NCBI GenBank assembly: GCA_038087875.1
Contig: JAXLNO010004592.1
Coordinates: 310,001 to 374,000, forward strand
Length of the DNA: 64,000 bases
DNA from: Malacoraja senta
Taxonomy: Eukaryota
Direction of reading: 5' to 3'
Every line of letters starts with the position of its first letter. Within the stretch, counting starts at the first letter, position 1. The position numbers and the translations under genes are program-made. Below, one piece after another: positions 11,701 through 26,400 of the stretch. The notes under the pieces are model-generated. The model worked only from the letters and a program-made list of their open reading frames with translations. It was not told the DNA's origin and made no database searches.

Positions 11701-14700
11701 CCTGTTCCCTGTCTGGGTTTAATGCAAGCCCCTTTTCAACAGTCCTCAGAATTAATCTCTTGGAACCTTTTAGCTGGTCAGATATTCCCATGGATGGCAC
11801 AGCAATGCCGGTGTGATGTTTTATACGTTTACCATCTATGGCCTGGTAGCAGAAATGGCAATTCAGTATTAACGGCAACAACACATCTCTTAAAACCTGG
11901 CTCTCTCGAGTACCTTGGGATTAGTGAATTTTGCCCTGCAGCAACAGATGAATCACCATTTTACAATAAATCTATTCAGTGAAAAGTAAACTTAGCATTA
12001 GTCAAGCATATTTCCTAATCATATAAAAATATATCTTGCCGTACCTATTTCTTTAAAGATGTGTCAGAAAAGCTATCTATCATGCCTTGTTGACAGGAAT
12101 CTCACTTCAGAATTGAGGAACATGGGTTCAAATGCTGTTCCAGAGATATGAGCATAAATTTTGCACTGACCTTCAGTGCATTACCAAGAAAATGTTATAT
12201 TGTTGAGTCCTCCTTGATTCAGAGTTCAACTCAGGACCATCAGGTTAGATGTGCTTTCAACTCGACAGAGGAGATTTAGAAAGGCATCTGGTTCCATCCT
12301 GACCTCTGGTGCTTAGAGTTTAGACTTTAGAGATACAGTGCGGAAACAGGCCCGTTGGCCTTACGGATCCGCGCCGACCAGCGATCACTCCGCACACTAA
12401 CATTATCCTACACCTACACACTTGGGACAATTCACAATTTTACCGAAGCCAATAAATCTACAAACCTGTACGTCTTTGGAGTGTGGGAGGAAACTGGAGC
12501 ACCCAGAGAAAACCCACGCGATCACAGGGAGAACGTACAAACTCCGTACAGACAGCACCCGTAGTCAGGATCAAACCTGGGTCTCTGGCCCTGTAAGGCA
12601 GCTGCCCTACTGCCACGTCACTGTGCCACCCTACAAGTAGTGTAGGAATAATTGATCTGATGCTGAATGGTGAGCACTAACTAGGGGATGCCACAGGAAG
12701 CAATGCTTGGGCACCAGCTGTTCAATGACTTGGATCAGGGAACTAAATGTATCATCTCCAAGTCTGCAGACAAAACAAAGCTGGGAGTGGGGTGGAATGT
12801 GAAGAGAATGGAAAAGAAGCTCCAGTGGGATTTAATTAACTTGAGTGAATAGACAAATGCAGAGCAGATGCAGTATAATGAGGATGAACGTTGGGAAATC
12901 CATTGCTGTTTTAAAAACAGAAAGATAAGTTTGAAAAAAGGTCTCCCACTGTTATAAGGTAAAATAAAATACAATAACTGTTTGGAGAATAAATGAGGCC
13001 TAATGCTACTGGAAGTTTAACAAGGGAGACTCGGAAGGTTTTGGAATATGGGCTTTGGTAAGTTAGGGCAGCACGGTGGCGCAATGGTAGAGTTGCTGCC
13101 TAACGGTGCCAGGTTCAATCCTGACTACGGGTGCTTGTCTGTACAGAGTTTGTACTCTCTCCCGGTGACCTGGATGGGTTTTCTCTGAGATCTCCGATTT
13201 CCTCCCACACTCTAAAGACATACGGGTTTGTAAGTTAATTGGCTTGGTACAAGTGTAAATTGTCCCTATTGTGTTGGACATTGTTAATGTGGGGGGATTG
13301 TTGGTCGTCGCAAACTCGGTGGGCGGAAGGGTCTGTTTTCACGCTGTATCTCTAAACTAAAACTAAAGTAAGTAAAAGGACTTGGGTGAAGGAGCAGTAA
13401 TGCTGGTTTTTCAGTGTGACTTTGAAGCAGGTCAAGTAGTTGGGTGGTGAGTCCATCACCAACTTCTCATTGAAGTTATCAGTTAGGGTGAAACTCTGCA
13501 GGACAGCCCAACTGAGGGGAATGCATTTACTGCATAACTGGGAGCTCACGGTTACTGCTGTGCTTCAGACATCTGCATGTGCAGAAGCGTCACCAGCTCT
13601 TGCAATCTGAGCCCGGTGTTTTGGAGATGGAGTCACTGTAGTGCATCCATGAGGCTGAGGACTTGGTGGATAGCACAATGAGTGAGGTGGTCACACCACA
13701 AGGTTAAGAGTGAGCAGGTAGAGAGGTCATGGGCAACCATCAGACAGAGTAGAGGAGCGGGCAAGTAGTGCTGGAGTCCCCTGAGTCATTCACGCTCTCC
13801 AACAGATTGCCTCTACTATGGAGTTCTGGATATGATAGTTCAGAAGAGCACAGCCAGAGCAGAGAGCCTGGCACCACATGTGGCTTGGCTATGGGAGGAA
13901 TAAAGAGAGAACACGGTCTTATCGATAGTTAAAGCAATGCTCAGGCATTTCTGTGGGATGTTGCGTTTCCTTCTGATTCCAGGGTCAAGGATTTCACTAA
14001 ACAGCTGCAACACATCTTGAAGGTAAAGAGCAAACAGTGAGCGGGTCATGCTCCATTTTGTGCACTAGCGACAGAAATAGAAAACGAGATAAGGTGCTGC
14101 AGACAGCCTAAGAAGCTAGGAAAGAAGTGAAAAAGCAAGTCCACAAAGGCAGTAATCTCAGGCTTATTTCCAGTGTGGAATGTCAGTGATATAGAAATAG
14201 GAAGGTAGAGCAGCAAATGTATTTACTTTAGACTTTAGCACTTTAGACTGTAGCGATACAGAGCGGAAACAGGCTCTCGGGCCCACTGAGTCCACACCAA
14301 CCAGCGATCAACCCAAGTGTGCACACTATTCTACACACTAGGGATAATTTTACAATTACCAAAGCTAATTAACCTACAAACCAGTACATATGTGGAGTGT
14401 GGGTGGAAACCGGAGCACCTGGAGAAAACCCACGCGGTCATAGGGATAACATATAAGCTCCAAACAGAAGACGGCATCCGTAGTCTGGTTCAAACCCGTG
14501 TCTCTGGCGCTGTGAAGGCAGCACCTCTGCCACTGCACCACTGTGGGGAGATATGGTAGAAGCAAGTGCTTTAGATTGCTGGATTTGCATCATTGGTAGA
14601 TGGAAGCTCTGTAAGACAGATTGGTGGCAAGACAACAGGAACAGAGCAAATGCTCTTATGTGAAAGGCCACCGGAGTTGTAGAGGAAGCGTGAAGCCAAT

Positions 14701-17700
14701 ATGACGGTGAAGCTGGAAACAAAAGGTAGGGTTCAGGTCAGCATATATTTAGGAAGGCAATGATAAAGGACAATACTGCAAGGCAAGGCAAAGAGATAAC
14801 TAGAGTGTATTGTGAAGGGGTGAAGTTTTACAGCAACAGAGTGTGCCAGCCAATCCAATCAAAATAAGGAAGAACAAGGAGGCAAAAATAGAAGCAACAA
14901 AGCAAAAGAAACGGGAAGGCAGTTCACTAGGTTACATTAGTGTAAGGATTTTATTGAGGTCCGTGAAAACACAAATGATGGGACTTAATTTGGTTTAACG
15001 TGTATATCTGAAAATATGCAGAGAGTGGTAAAAGGGGGTCAACAGGCACTGATGGCCGTGTATGATTTTGATGTGATAATAACAGAAACTTGCCTGAAAA
15101 AGGGGTAGAACTGGGCACTGACTATTCCTGATGCAAAATGTTAACGAAGGATAGGGAAGGGAGGATGCAGCATTGATTAAATAGTGGTTGGGGGAGAATA
15201 TGTAGCAGAAGGGTCACAATCTGTTTGATTAGAGTTAAGAAAGAGCGACAGGGCGGGGTGGCGCAGCGGTAGAGTTGCTGCCTTACAGCGCTTGCTGTGC
15301 CTGAGACCCGGGTTCGATCCTGACTACGGGTGCTGTCTGTAGGGAGTTTGTGTGTTCTCCCCGTGACCGCGAGGTTTTCTCCGCGATCTTCGGTTTCCTC
15401 CCACACTCCAAAGACGTACAGGTATATAGGTTAATTGGCTTGGAGTGTGTAGGGATCGCTGATCGGCGCGGACCCAGTGGGCTGAAGGGTCTATTTCCGA
15501 GCTGTATCTCTATAACTAAAATGAAAAGCAACTCAAGGCAAAATGATGATGCATGGTACATTGCATAGATCACCGCTGAGCGGGAAGATATGGAGCAGCA
15601 AATATGCAGGGCGATTACAGAGAATTGTAAACACTATTGGGTGGCTATAATAGGGGACTTTAATCATCCTGTTGTAATAGTGAAGGAAGGGTAAAGTGGT
15701 TCCAGGGCAATTATCGAGAACAGTTTGTTTATAGACCAACAGGGAAGGAGGTTCTAGGGAATGAGGTGGGTCATGTTTTGATAGGGAAGCATATAAGAGT
15801 TAGTGATCATAACGTCTTAGGATTTTGTTTGGAGACACAGAGGAAAAGCCAAACCAAAATAAAAAATAATTGAATGGAGGAAGGCCAGTTTCGGTGCGAT
15901 GAGACTGGGTAAGGCCATGGTAAATTGGGACAAAGATTAACATGCAAAACTGAAACTCCACTCCCTTATCCACGTTTCTCTTTCTACCTAAGATAGACAC
16001 AAAAAGCTGGAGTAACTCAGCGGGACAGGCAGCATCTCTGGAGAGAAGGAATGGATGATGTTTTGGGTCGAGACCCTTCAGACTTTACTTTGGCACTTCT
16101 CTCTTTCTCCTTGTGCCACTTAACTGCCCCAGTAACACTCCCTCCATACCACTGTTTCCACCCTCATCGTCCTCTGATATCAGACCTTCATTTTGCCACC
16201 GTTCCTATTCTTGCACAGGCATGAATGGCATTAGAAAAGTAGTCCAGATGGATAAGCTTTGCACTTAAACCTGTTTATTCCTTCCTGAGAAAAACATAAA
16301 AGAATTGGCTGAACTATTTTATCTCAAAATATCATAACCATGATGTTTTCTCTGGATATAAATTATTTATGTGCTGGAGTTTGGAGCTTAGTACTAAATA
16401 CTGCATTGAATTAATGCTGTCATTATTCAACCTGCCATTATTGATGCAGTTATATAAAAGGAACTCTGTTTCTGGGTTCCTGCCCAATCTGGCTTCATCC
16501 AAATGCCAGTAATCAATGAGTTTGTCTCATTTTACTTATTCTTCTCTCTAATGATTTATGCTTTTGGAAGGAATTGGCCAAAACTGACCAATATCACTTT
16601 AATTATCAGTATAATCAACCACTTGCAAGATGGTGTCATTATTTTTAACAGCATATGGTTTGAATATCTTGAAAACAATAGGAGTATAAAACATTGAAAA
16701 AATTGTTTTAGTATGCCCATGACAGCTCTTTGCTGAAATATCAACTTTAAATGTTAACTATTTTTCTCTCATTGTCAGACACTGAGGATGTTGTAACATA
16801 CTTCTGTTTTTATTTCAGTCTTTTGGCATATGCAATGTTTTATTTTTTTGGACCAAAACTAATCTTGCTGTTTTCTCTTCCCCCAAACCAGCTTTTATCA
16901 ATTAATATTTTGGAATATGCTTGTGTTAGATTGGTGTACCTAATGGCTAAGTATTGAACCAATATAACTCATGATTAATCCCCTCTGAATCTTTTAAATG
17001 TAATAATTCTAATTATATATAAATCCTACAAAAACCAGCAAACCTGTCTAATGACAAAATGTAAAATGAATGTGCACCATTGAGTGTTCCTCACCGTGTG
17101 GTAAACTGTGTTTTCTCATTTTGACATTATGTATTTAAGTAAACAAGTTATGAATGCTTTTCAGAACAAGATGGTGTTGAGTTTCTAAAGGGTGGTTATG
17201 ATAATCCAGCTTTTTAGCCAGCATTCTTCGTGGACTTTGATCCGCTGGTCAAGTTAAAATTCCATGTTTTGAAAAGAGGTGTCTAAATTCCCAGAGAAAA
17301 TGAAGAGCGCTGCACAAGACATTTTTTGTCATAATTTGAAGTATAGCAGTTGTTGTAATATAGGTAACATGTCAAGCAAGATCCCAATAAGACAGGGAAA
17401 GATGTTACAGCTATCAGGTTTTGATTTACAGTCAGAGCCTTTATCCCAGGGTGGAAATGTCCAACACTAGAGAGTTATAAGGTGAAAGGCAGATATTTAA
17501 TGGAGATTCCTGGATGGTTTTTTTAATACAGAGAGTGATGAGGGCCTGGAACGCACAGGCATGGGTGGTGGTGAAGATATATATGACAGTGGTGTATTAG
17601 AGGCCTTTAGATGGGCACATGGATCTGCAGGGAATAGAGGGATATGGATCATGTTCAGGCAGATTAGATCGGTTTAACTAGGCATCATGTTCGACACAAA

Positions 17701-20700
17701 CATTGTGGGCCGATGGGCCCGTTCCTGTGCTGTAATGTTCTATGTTTTATGATAAAGACTGGATAACTGAGGGGTATAGACAGGGTAGATGTTAAGATGT
17801 TTTCTTCCCCATGGCAGATGTGTCAAAGTTCAGAGGGCATGGTTTTAATATGAGGACTAAGGGTTCTACAGGGCTCTGAGGGATGATTTTTTCACCCAGA
17901 GGTTGATGATAACCTGGAATGTGCTGCCTCGAGAGGGGGTTTAGAAAGGTACACTCACATTTTATGAAGCATCTGGATAAGCACATGAATAGTCGAGGCA
18001 TTGTAGAACAATGGACACGTGCTGGAAAATGGGATTAGTAAATAGTTACTTGATGTTCTGCATGCTAATGGTAGGTTGTATGAACTGTTTCTGTGCTGTA
18101 TTAGCTATGATGCTGTAAATCTGAAATAAAAATAGGACATGCTAGAGACACTCCGTTGGTTAGGCAACATCCATGGAGACAGAATCAAAGTTAATGTTTT
18201 AGGTTTAAACAAAAAAATTAGATGAAAAGACATCAGGCAGAAATGTTAAATCTGTTTCTCTCCTCGTCGATTGAGGCAATGTCTGAGTATTTCCACATTT
18301 TCTGTTTTTATTTATGATCTGCTGTAAACTGGTTTGTGGCAAATCCTGAATCATTTGTAATCTTTTACACCGAAAAGTTAGCAATTTTGATTAATTTGAT
18401 TTCCCACAGTTTCCTGCAGTAACTTTATTTCCACAGATTCATACTGCATGGAAACAGATCCTTTAGCCCACAGTGGCTGTGCCAGCCATCGCTCTTATCT
18501 ACTCATCCTATTTATCAGCACTGGTTGTGTAGTTGGCAGTGGCATGACTTTCAAGTGCTTATCTAAATATTCGTGAAATATTGCAAGTAGCCACTTCCAC
18601 CACCTCCTTACATTGTGCACGCTGTGATTTCAACCACCCTGTGAGTGGAAAAACACATTCAAATTCCCTCTAAGTCTCTTCCCCTTTATCTGTAACCTAT
18701 GCCCTTTGGTTGTGGCTATCTCTGCTGAGGAGAAAATGTTCTCACAATCTAAATGCAATGTTAGCATTTATTTCAAGCGGACTAGAATATAAAAACAAGG
18801 ATGTAGCACGGAGGCTTTACAAGGCACTGGTCAGAACACATTTGGAGTATTGTGAGCAGTTCTGGGCCCCATATCTGAGGAGGGATGTGCTGGCTTTGGA
18901 GAGGGTCCAGAGGAGGTTTACGAGAATGATCCTGGGGATGATAGGGTTGACGTATGTTGAGTGTTTGAAGGCACTGGGCCTGTACTTGCTGGTTTAGAAG
19001 GATGAGGGGGGGGGGCCTCAGTGAAATCTACCGAATAGTGAAAGGCCTGGTTAGAGTTGATGGGAGATGATGTTTCCTCCAGTGAGAGTCTAGGGCCAGA
19101 GGGGATAGCCTCAGAGTAAAAGGAGATGAGGAGGAATTTCTTTAGTCAGAGGGTGGTGAATCTGTGGAATTCATTGCCACAGGCGGCTGTGGAGGCCAAG
19201 TCATTGGGTATTTTTAAAGCAGAGATTGACAGATTATTGATTAGTAAGGCTGTCAAAGTTATGGGAAGGCGGCAGGAGAATGAGATTGAGAGGGGAAGAT
19301 TGATCAGCCATGATTTAATGGCGGGGTAGACTCCAAGCCGACTGGCCTAATTCTGCTGTTATGACGAACATATACACTTTATAATATCAGTCATAATTGT
19401 GTATACTGTACCTCAATTAAGCCTTGATTAGTAAGGACATCAAAGGCTACAGGGTGAAAGCATGAGAAAGGGATTGCATTCAAGCTGTCCACAGTTTACT
19501 AGTACAGGATAAAGGGTATAATGTTTAGTGGAAGAGAGTCCAATAATGTCCAATTAATGATAGTTGGAAGGTTTCCAATGAGGTATTCAGCATGGAAACA
19601 AGCCCTTCAGCCACTGAATCCACATCACCCATCAAGCACCTCATTTACACGTCACTGCATGAGGAATATTAAGAATCAGCATTGGACAGGAGGTTAAGGA
19701 AGGTGGGGGCAGGATTGAATGGAATTGTCACTGGCGGACATAAAGTTTTAATAGGTTAATTTTTCCCTTTTAGGTGAAAGACGTCATTGGCTACAAGACC
19801 TTGGGGCACTGCTTCTTCACTGAAGATGGGCCAGAGGAACGAAACACATTCGACCACTGCCTCGGTTTGTTGGTCAAAGCAGGGACCCTGCTCCCGTCAG
19901 ATCGCAACAGCAAGATGTGCAGGATGATATCGGCCGGGGTGTACCCAGGTTATGTGCCCAGACCTCAACAGGACTGCAAGTAAGCCATCCAGCCCAGTCT
20001 GAAGAAGGGTTCTGACCCGAAACGGCACCCGTCCTTTTTCTCCAGAGATGCTGCCTTACCCACTGAGTTACTCCTGCACTTTGTGTCTATCTAAGCCATT
20101 TGGCAGGTTCCGCTCTTTTTGGGAATGTAATAGGGATGCTGGTATGGGTTTGTACAGCCAGACGATGCTGGATGGATGGAGAGGTTCAGAAGAATTACCT
20201 TATTTCTCTACAGCATAAAAGGATGCCATTTCAGCCTAGCAAGTGTACACTGGTTCAAAGAGAAATCCCTTTTCCCCATTAATGTTTCTTCTGACCTATT
20301 CTCCACATGCTCCCATCAATTCCCCCTTAGATTCTACCATTTATCTAGGGGCAGTCCACAGTGGCCATTTAACCTATTGACCAGTATATTTTGGGATGTT
20401 TACCTTGGTGGTTCTGCTTTTGATGTGGGCCTGAGCTATACATTGTCTGAAACATCTCCTTCCTTGTCTATCCGTTTTAATGTGGATCTAGCCTTACAGC
20501 AGGCCACACAGTTTCAAGACTTGCATTCATGGCTGCGGAGGACAGTATCTATCCCCCTAACTATAGTATCTGTCCCCAATTAACACAATATGTTCATTGT
20601 GAAGAAAGGTGACAATAAGTAATGGGGGTATTCAAGATTAGTGCTTGAAGTATACTGAGCATTGAAAGATTAATTGGTAGATACAAATAATGATACAACT

Positions 20701-23412
20701 GGAAAATATTTCCGTTTTTTGAGGAAGTAACCTAGAAGGTCAATGAGGACAAGACAGTATACAAAGTCTATATGGACTTCAGCAAGGCCTTTGATTAGGT
20801 TCCGCATTGTAGATAGTTTCCCTTGTAGATAGACTTCCTCCCAGGGCTTTTATCCTGGATCTGTAGCGGATGAACTCTGTCAGGTTTTTTTTCAAAAATG
20901 GATTCATAACTGCATCTCCTGATTGAATTGTGAACCAATTTTCTGCAACCACAGGTCCAGGAGCCAAATTTCACTGTGAATTTCTATTTAACATTCTAAT
21001 TAAAAAATTGATCATTTTGGAGAAAGAGGCATCAAAGCCTATTCCGTACAACATCGTTGATTTTAATGGCTTCATGATGGCTAGAGATGAGAAATAAATG
21101 TGCCTTTTGTGAACAAGGTCTACAATATAATGGCAATTACCATTTTTGCAAAGTAATTGGCAAATAAAGTTCAATTTCTAGCTAATAAATGACTAACGGC
21201 AACTGCCTCTGCCAATCCTTCTCACCCATGACCTCCCAATTGGCTCAAGATCCATGAGCAGTAATATGTGAACCGCCACCTTTTTGTCCACAAAACACCA
21301 CTGTTGTAAAGTCCCTCTGTCCTCAATTGACACTATGACCCTGCCATATATAGTGTATGTCCTATCATTATTAGACTTTCCAAAATACACCACCTCGCAC
21401 TTATTGGAATTATATTCCAGATGTCATTTCTTTTCTCAATTTACCAACAAATTAATATGATTTTGTAATCTAGGGCTGTCCTCTTCACTATAGGCATCAC
21501 TACCAATATCCAATCTATCTCTCACCCTTCTCTGCAACATAAAGCCAACATGTCTTTTCTTTCTCCTTCCCATTTCTATTCATAAAACATTAAGAAGATA
21601 CAAGGAACTGCAGATGCTGGTTTACAAAAAAGACCTAAAGAGCTGGAGTAATTCAGCGAGCCGGGCGGCATCTCGCGCTGACCCGCTGAGTTAGTCCAAC
21701 ACTATCTGTTTTTTGATGAAACATTGACTGCTCTTCCTTCCAAGGATGCTGCCTAACCTGCTGTGCGTTTTCAGCATTTACTATTTCTATTTCATATTTC
21801 ATGCATTGCTGTTTATTGATTCTCATTAAATTGCTTCTCGTTAAATGGACTGTAAATGTTCTATGCCAATACCTCCTATGCTGCTTTGTTACAGTGCTGT
21901 CTCAACATTTTGGATCGCAAACCCCAACAATAGCCTTGTCAACTGTTCCGCTGCGGGATCTGAGGTACATAATCTTATGCTGTGTATGCTAACATTTAAG
22001 TGGAGGCCAGATTCCTCTGCTGCCAATAATTTATGTTTAAATGACAGAGGAACACCTTTTTAGAAATTTCAAGCATTCATCAACATGTTTACGTTACAGG
22101 AAACAGGGTTTTGGTTCATTTTCCACCACGTGCCCACGGGGCCTTCAGAAGGAATGTATTCCCCTGGTTATTCAGAACACATGCCATTGGGAAGGTTCAG
22201 CAACAATAGGGCTCATTCCAACCACAGGGTAAGTCTGCACGCAATGGCTATAATACTAAAGATTGCTGCTCTGCAAGCGCAGCCAATCTGCTGGCGTTTG
22301 TTGCGCTATGTAATTTTCCATCAACATTTACAAGACATTCCTAAGCCACTGTAGCTTCTGCAGATTTGGAAACGGATCAAAAATAGCTTCGTTTTAACCC
22401 CCTTCTCCCCATACCACGAGTGTCTCTATAAATATCATTTGAAAACACAATAGAAGCACACAGATAATTACGGCCAGTCCAAGCCTTCAATCCACCCTAC
22501 AGCTTCACACATTTACATCCCCACAGGGAAATCTTTTTGCAGAAAAGATAAGGATCCAAAAGAATTGCTTGAAATCCAATCATTAACGTGGCGGCACTGC
22601 GGTAGAGTTGCTCCCTTACAGCGCCAGGGACCCGGGTTTGATCCTGACTAAGGGTGCTGTCTGTATGGAGTTTGCACATTCTCCCTGTGACCACTTGGGT
22701 GCTCTGTTTTCTTCCCACACTCCAGAGACGTACAGGTTTGCAGGTTAATTGGTTTCAGTAGAAATTGTAAAATTGTCCTTGGTGTGTAGGGTAGTGTTAG
22801 TGTGATCGCTGGTCAGCGTGGACTCGGTGGGCCGAAGGATCTGTTTCTGCACTGTATAAAGTCTAATGTAGAGCCAGCCCCAATTGAGATGGTTCACAGA
22901 CCTTGTTAGTTGTAAACGGGTAAATGCTGGTGCTTTTTATCACTTTGCAGTAGATTGGCCATTATAAAGACAGTGCATATCATGCTGCATGTGTTGTGGA
23001 TCTGGTTCAAACTTTGGAATCATCATTGAAACATGTTCATTAAAAACCACGTTGAATTCCACACCTTAAATTTTGAATTTTGTTTCTTAGGCTGGTATGA
23101 TCATTGATAATGGGGTGAAGACAACTGAAGCTAATGCACGGGACAAGAGGCCGTTCCTCTCGCTGGTTGGCGCAAGGTGAGTTCCTGAAAACGCATGCAT
23201 TGATGAAGAGGGAACAAGTTTGAAAGCGATCTCACTGGGGGCAACCGTGCATCAGACTGCTAAATGGCATAGATGCCATTCCCAGAGATTCAAGATTCAA
23301 GAGAGTTTATTGTCATGTGTCCCAGATAGGACAATGAAATTTTTGCTTTGCTTCAGCACAACAGAATATAGTAGGCATGAATATAGAACAGATCAGTGTG
23401 TCCATATACCAT

Positions 23413-23443
<31 letters not shown>

Positions 23444-26400
23444 GAACAAATAAACAGATAAAGTGTAAATAAACAGATAATGGGCTATTAATGTTCAGAG
23501 TTTTGTTTGAGTTGAGTTTAATAGCCTGATGGCTGTGGGGAAGCAGCTATTCCTGAACCTGGACGTTGCAGTCTTCAGGCTCCTGTACCTTCTACCTGAA
23601 GGTAGCGGGGAGATGAGTGTGTGACCAGGATGGTGTGGGTCCTTGATGCTGCCAGCCTTTTTTGAGGCAGCGACTGCGATAGATCCCCTCAATGGTAGGG
23701 AGGTCAGAGCCGATGATGGACTGAGCAGTGTTTACTACTTTTTGTAGTCTTTTCCGCTCCTGGGCGATCAAGTTGCCGATCCAAGCCACGATGCAACCGG
23801 TCAGCATGCTCTCTACTGTGCACCTGTAGAAGTTAGAGAGAGTCCTCCTTGACATACCGACTCTCCGTAATCTTCTCAGGAAATAGAGGCGCTGATGTGC
23901 TTTCTTTATAATTGCATCAGTGTTCTCGGACCAGGAGAGATCTTCAGAGAAGTGCATGCCCAAGAATTTGAAGCTCTTGACCCTTTCCACCATCGACCCG
24001 TTGATATAAACTGTGGGTCCCCATCCTACCTTTCCAAAGAGCTGTGGAAGTGATTAAGTGCATCCAAGGTAGAAAGCAATAGACATTGAGAGAAAGAGAG
24101 TCAGAAGAGATGGGAAAGTGCTGCTGAGATGAAGTTTAGATCATCCATGATCTTATTAAATGTGAGAGCAGGCTGAATGGCCTCCCCTTACGCCTGTTTC
24201 TTACGATCTCATGCAGTGGACTGGTGACCATTTTAGGTGTTTGCCTGCCTCATTAGATGTCTGTGCAGTCGATAATAAAAGACCATGTGTTTTTACTGGT
24301 GAAAATGCAGTACACAACTCTCCTCTCCCACGGCTCGGGAAGTCGTCCATAAGTCTGATTAGAGTCATAGCCAAAACCTGGATCTTGGGACCCTGCAGCT
24401 GGGAATTGGAGAGTAAACTTCCTTGCGTGGGTTTGGTGTGTGGCAGGGAAATTGAGTGAGGGCTAGGAATGAGAGTAAGAGAAGTGGGGCAATCAGCCAA
24501 AGGATCACCGTGTGCCCGGAAGAGGGGAGAGGGTGGGGGGCATTTGTTTGGCATTGGCTCCTGTGGAAGGTTGATGGTGGGCATGGCAAGGAAATGGTGG
24601 AGTGCAATCCCTTATGGTTTGAGTGTATAGGAAAAGCAGGGGGAATCAGGGAGGTGGGGCAGCGAGAGAGGGTGTTGCAGAACTCTCGTCGGAGGGAGGA
24701 GAACTTCTTCATAGATTTCGCAGTGGAGCAGATGAAGCCTGAAGAAGGGACTCGACCCGAAACATCACCCATTCCTTCTCTCCAGAGATGCTGCCTGTCC
24801 CACTGAGTTACTCCAGCGTTTTGTGCCTCCCTTAAGGGTGGAGATGCCCGAGGTAAAAAGGAGTTGGGTGCCCAGAATGCCATCATTATGTATATCCCTG
24901 ACACAGAAAACGGAATAATGCCAATGACTGCAAGAACCCAGTTGACTTTATCCAATGACTCAAAATAACCTGGATATGATCAATACCACGTTTCACTCAT
25001 GAAAAGATCTATTTTTAATTTTGTAGCATTGAAAATGATCAATGTTGCCCTATGTCTTTAGGTACAGCCCTCACATAGGAGCTGACCCTTACAAGCCAAG
25101 AGAACCTGCTTTAATCAAGAATTATATTGCATATAAAAACCAGGACCATGGCGCCTGGCTTCGAGGTGGGGACGTGTGGTTGGAGGACTGCAAGTGAGTT
25201 CCTGTTTAAACTCTTACAAATGCTGAATCAATATGTTTTAACTGTTTGCAATGTGTTTTAAATTTGAGTATTCTGCACACTGCAGACTATAAGTATCTCC
25301 AGCTACTTTAGTACAATGATATTTAAAAAAATGCATCCCTTTGGCTTGGCATCCACATGGGTTTATCAGATATAGCAACAACTTGCATCAATATAATTCT
25401 TTGAGTTAGGAAAGCATCCTCTACTGTTTCACAGGAGCCTAGTCCAAGCAATATAAAGATAATATTGCAGAGGGGGGAAAGAAGTTGGTTGGAGCTGGGT
25501 TTTGAAGAGTCCTCCAAAGGGAAAGATGGAGTGATTTAAAGCTCTATACAAATGAAGAAGGGTGCAGGCCCAAATCTGTAGGGTGAACTGTGCAAATTAC
25601 TCAATTGACCACTCATTATCCTGTCAACCAAAAGAGCCTTAATTAACAGCCATTCTCAAAACACATGTTACTGATACATCTCTAAATCACAGTTGAGTTT
25701 TGAGAGCTTCTCATTGCCTCACTCAAATTATTCCAATCTTGACACTTTGAATCAAATTTCAGCATTTCTTTCATACCCAGTCCTGAGCTTCAATCCGCTA
25801 TTCTATTGAATTCCGTCTGCTGTTACTTTTTTCAATATTCTTCAGTGCACTCATCCAGGTTCCTAGTAAATCCCCTGCATGCACCCTGGTGTTGGACACT
25901 TCCACCCTGGGGAAAAAGGTTATGACTGTCTACGCTATCTTTGCCTCTCAGAATTTTATATACTTCTATCAAGTCTCCCCTCAACTTCTGCGTTCCACAT
26001 ATTTCTATAATGGGGTGACCGGAACTACACACAATAATCCAATTGCTTTATCAAATTAAACCAATATCTCCTTGTTCTTAAATTATATTCTGTATGATTA
26101 CCTTACCACTTTACCTACCTGGCCTGCTGGTTTCAGGATTCGTTGGACATGTAGGCTGAGATCAGTACTCCCTGGGACCTGACCATTCATTATGTATATC
26201 CTTGCATTAGTCCTCCCAAAGTATATCACCTCAGTAAATTCCATCTGCCATTGCTCTGACCATATTACCGATTCATCCACATTATTGTATGGCCAAAGAC
26301 CAACACTACCGGATGTAGCTCGGCAGATTGAGCCATCCAACTCGGTGGAGTGATCAACAGCAGCACAGTGCCGTCTTGGTATTGAGAAATGCTGGCAATC

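Larger units (their letters stand above)
13450..15950 (+). mobile_element. Old CR1 5' part (ORF1 esterase-like and endonuclease remnants) interrupted by two SINEs
   Basis: Decayed D-S-I-V-K, P-G-x-R-V-K-D and I-G-D-F-N-like remnants; purine-rich strand bias. Confidence 0.5.

Noticed and set aside
15251-15325. tRNA-like sequences with A and B boxes (also 13066 and 38886)
   Set aside because: They continue directly into SINE body and tail, with no complete cloverleaf, so they are not tRNA genes.
24201-24955. Long overlapping ORFs of 116-196 aa
   Set aside because: No recognisable protein; they run through a PLE terminus and G-rich decayed sequence inside a CEMIP intron.
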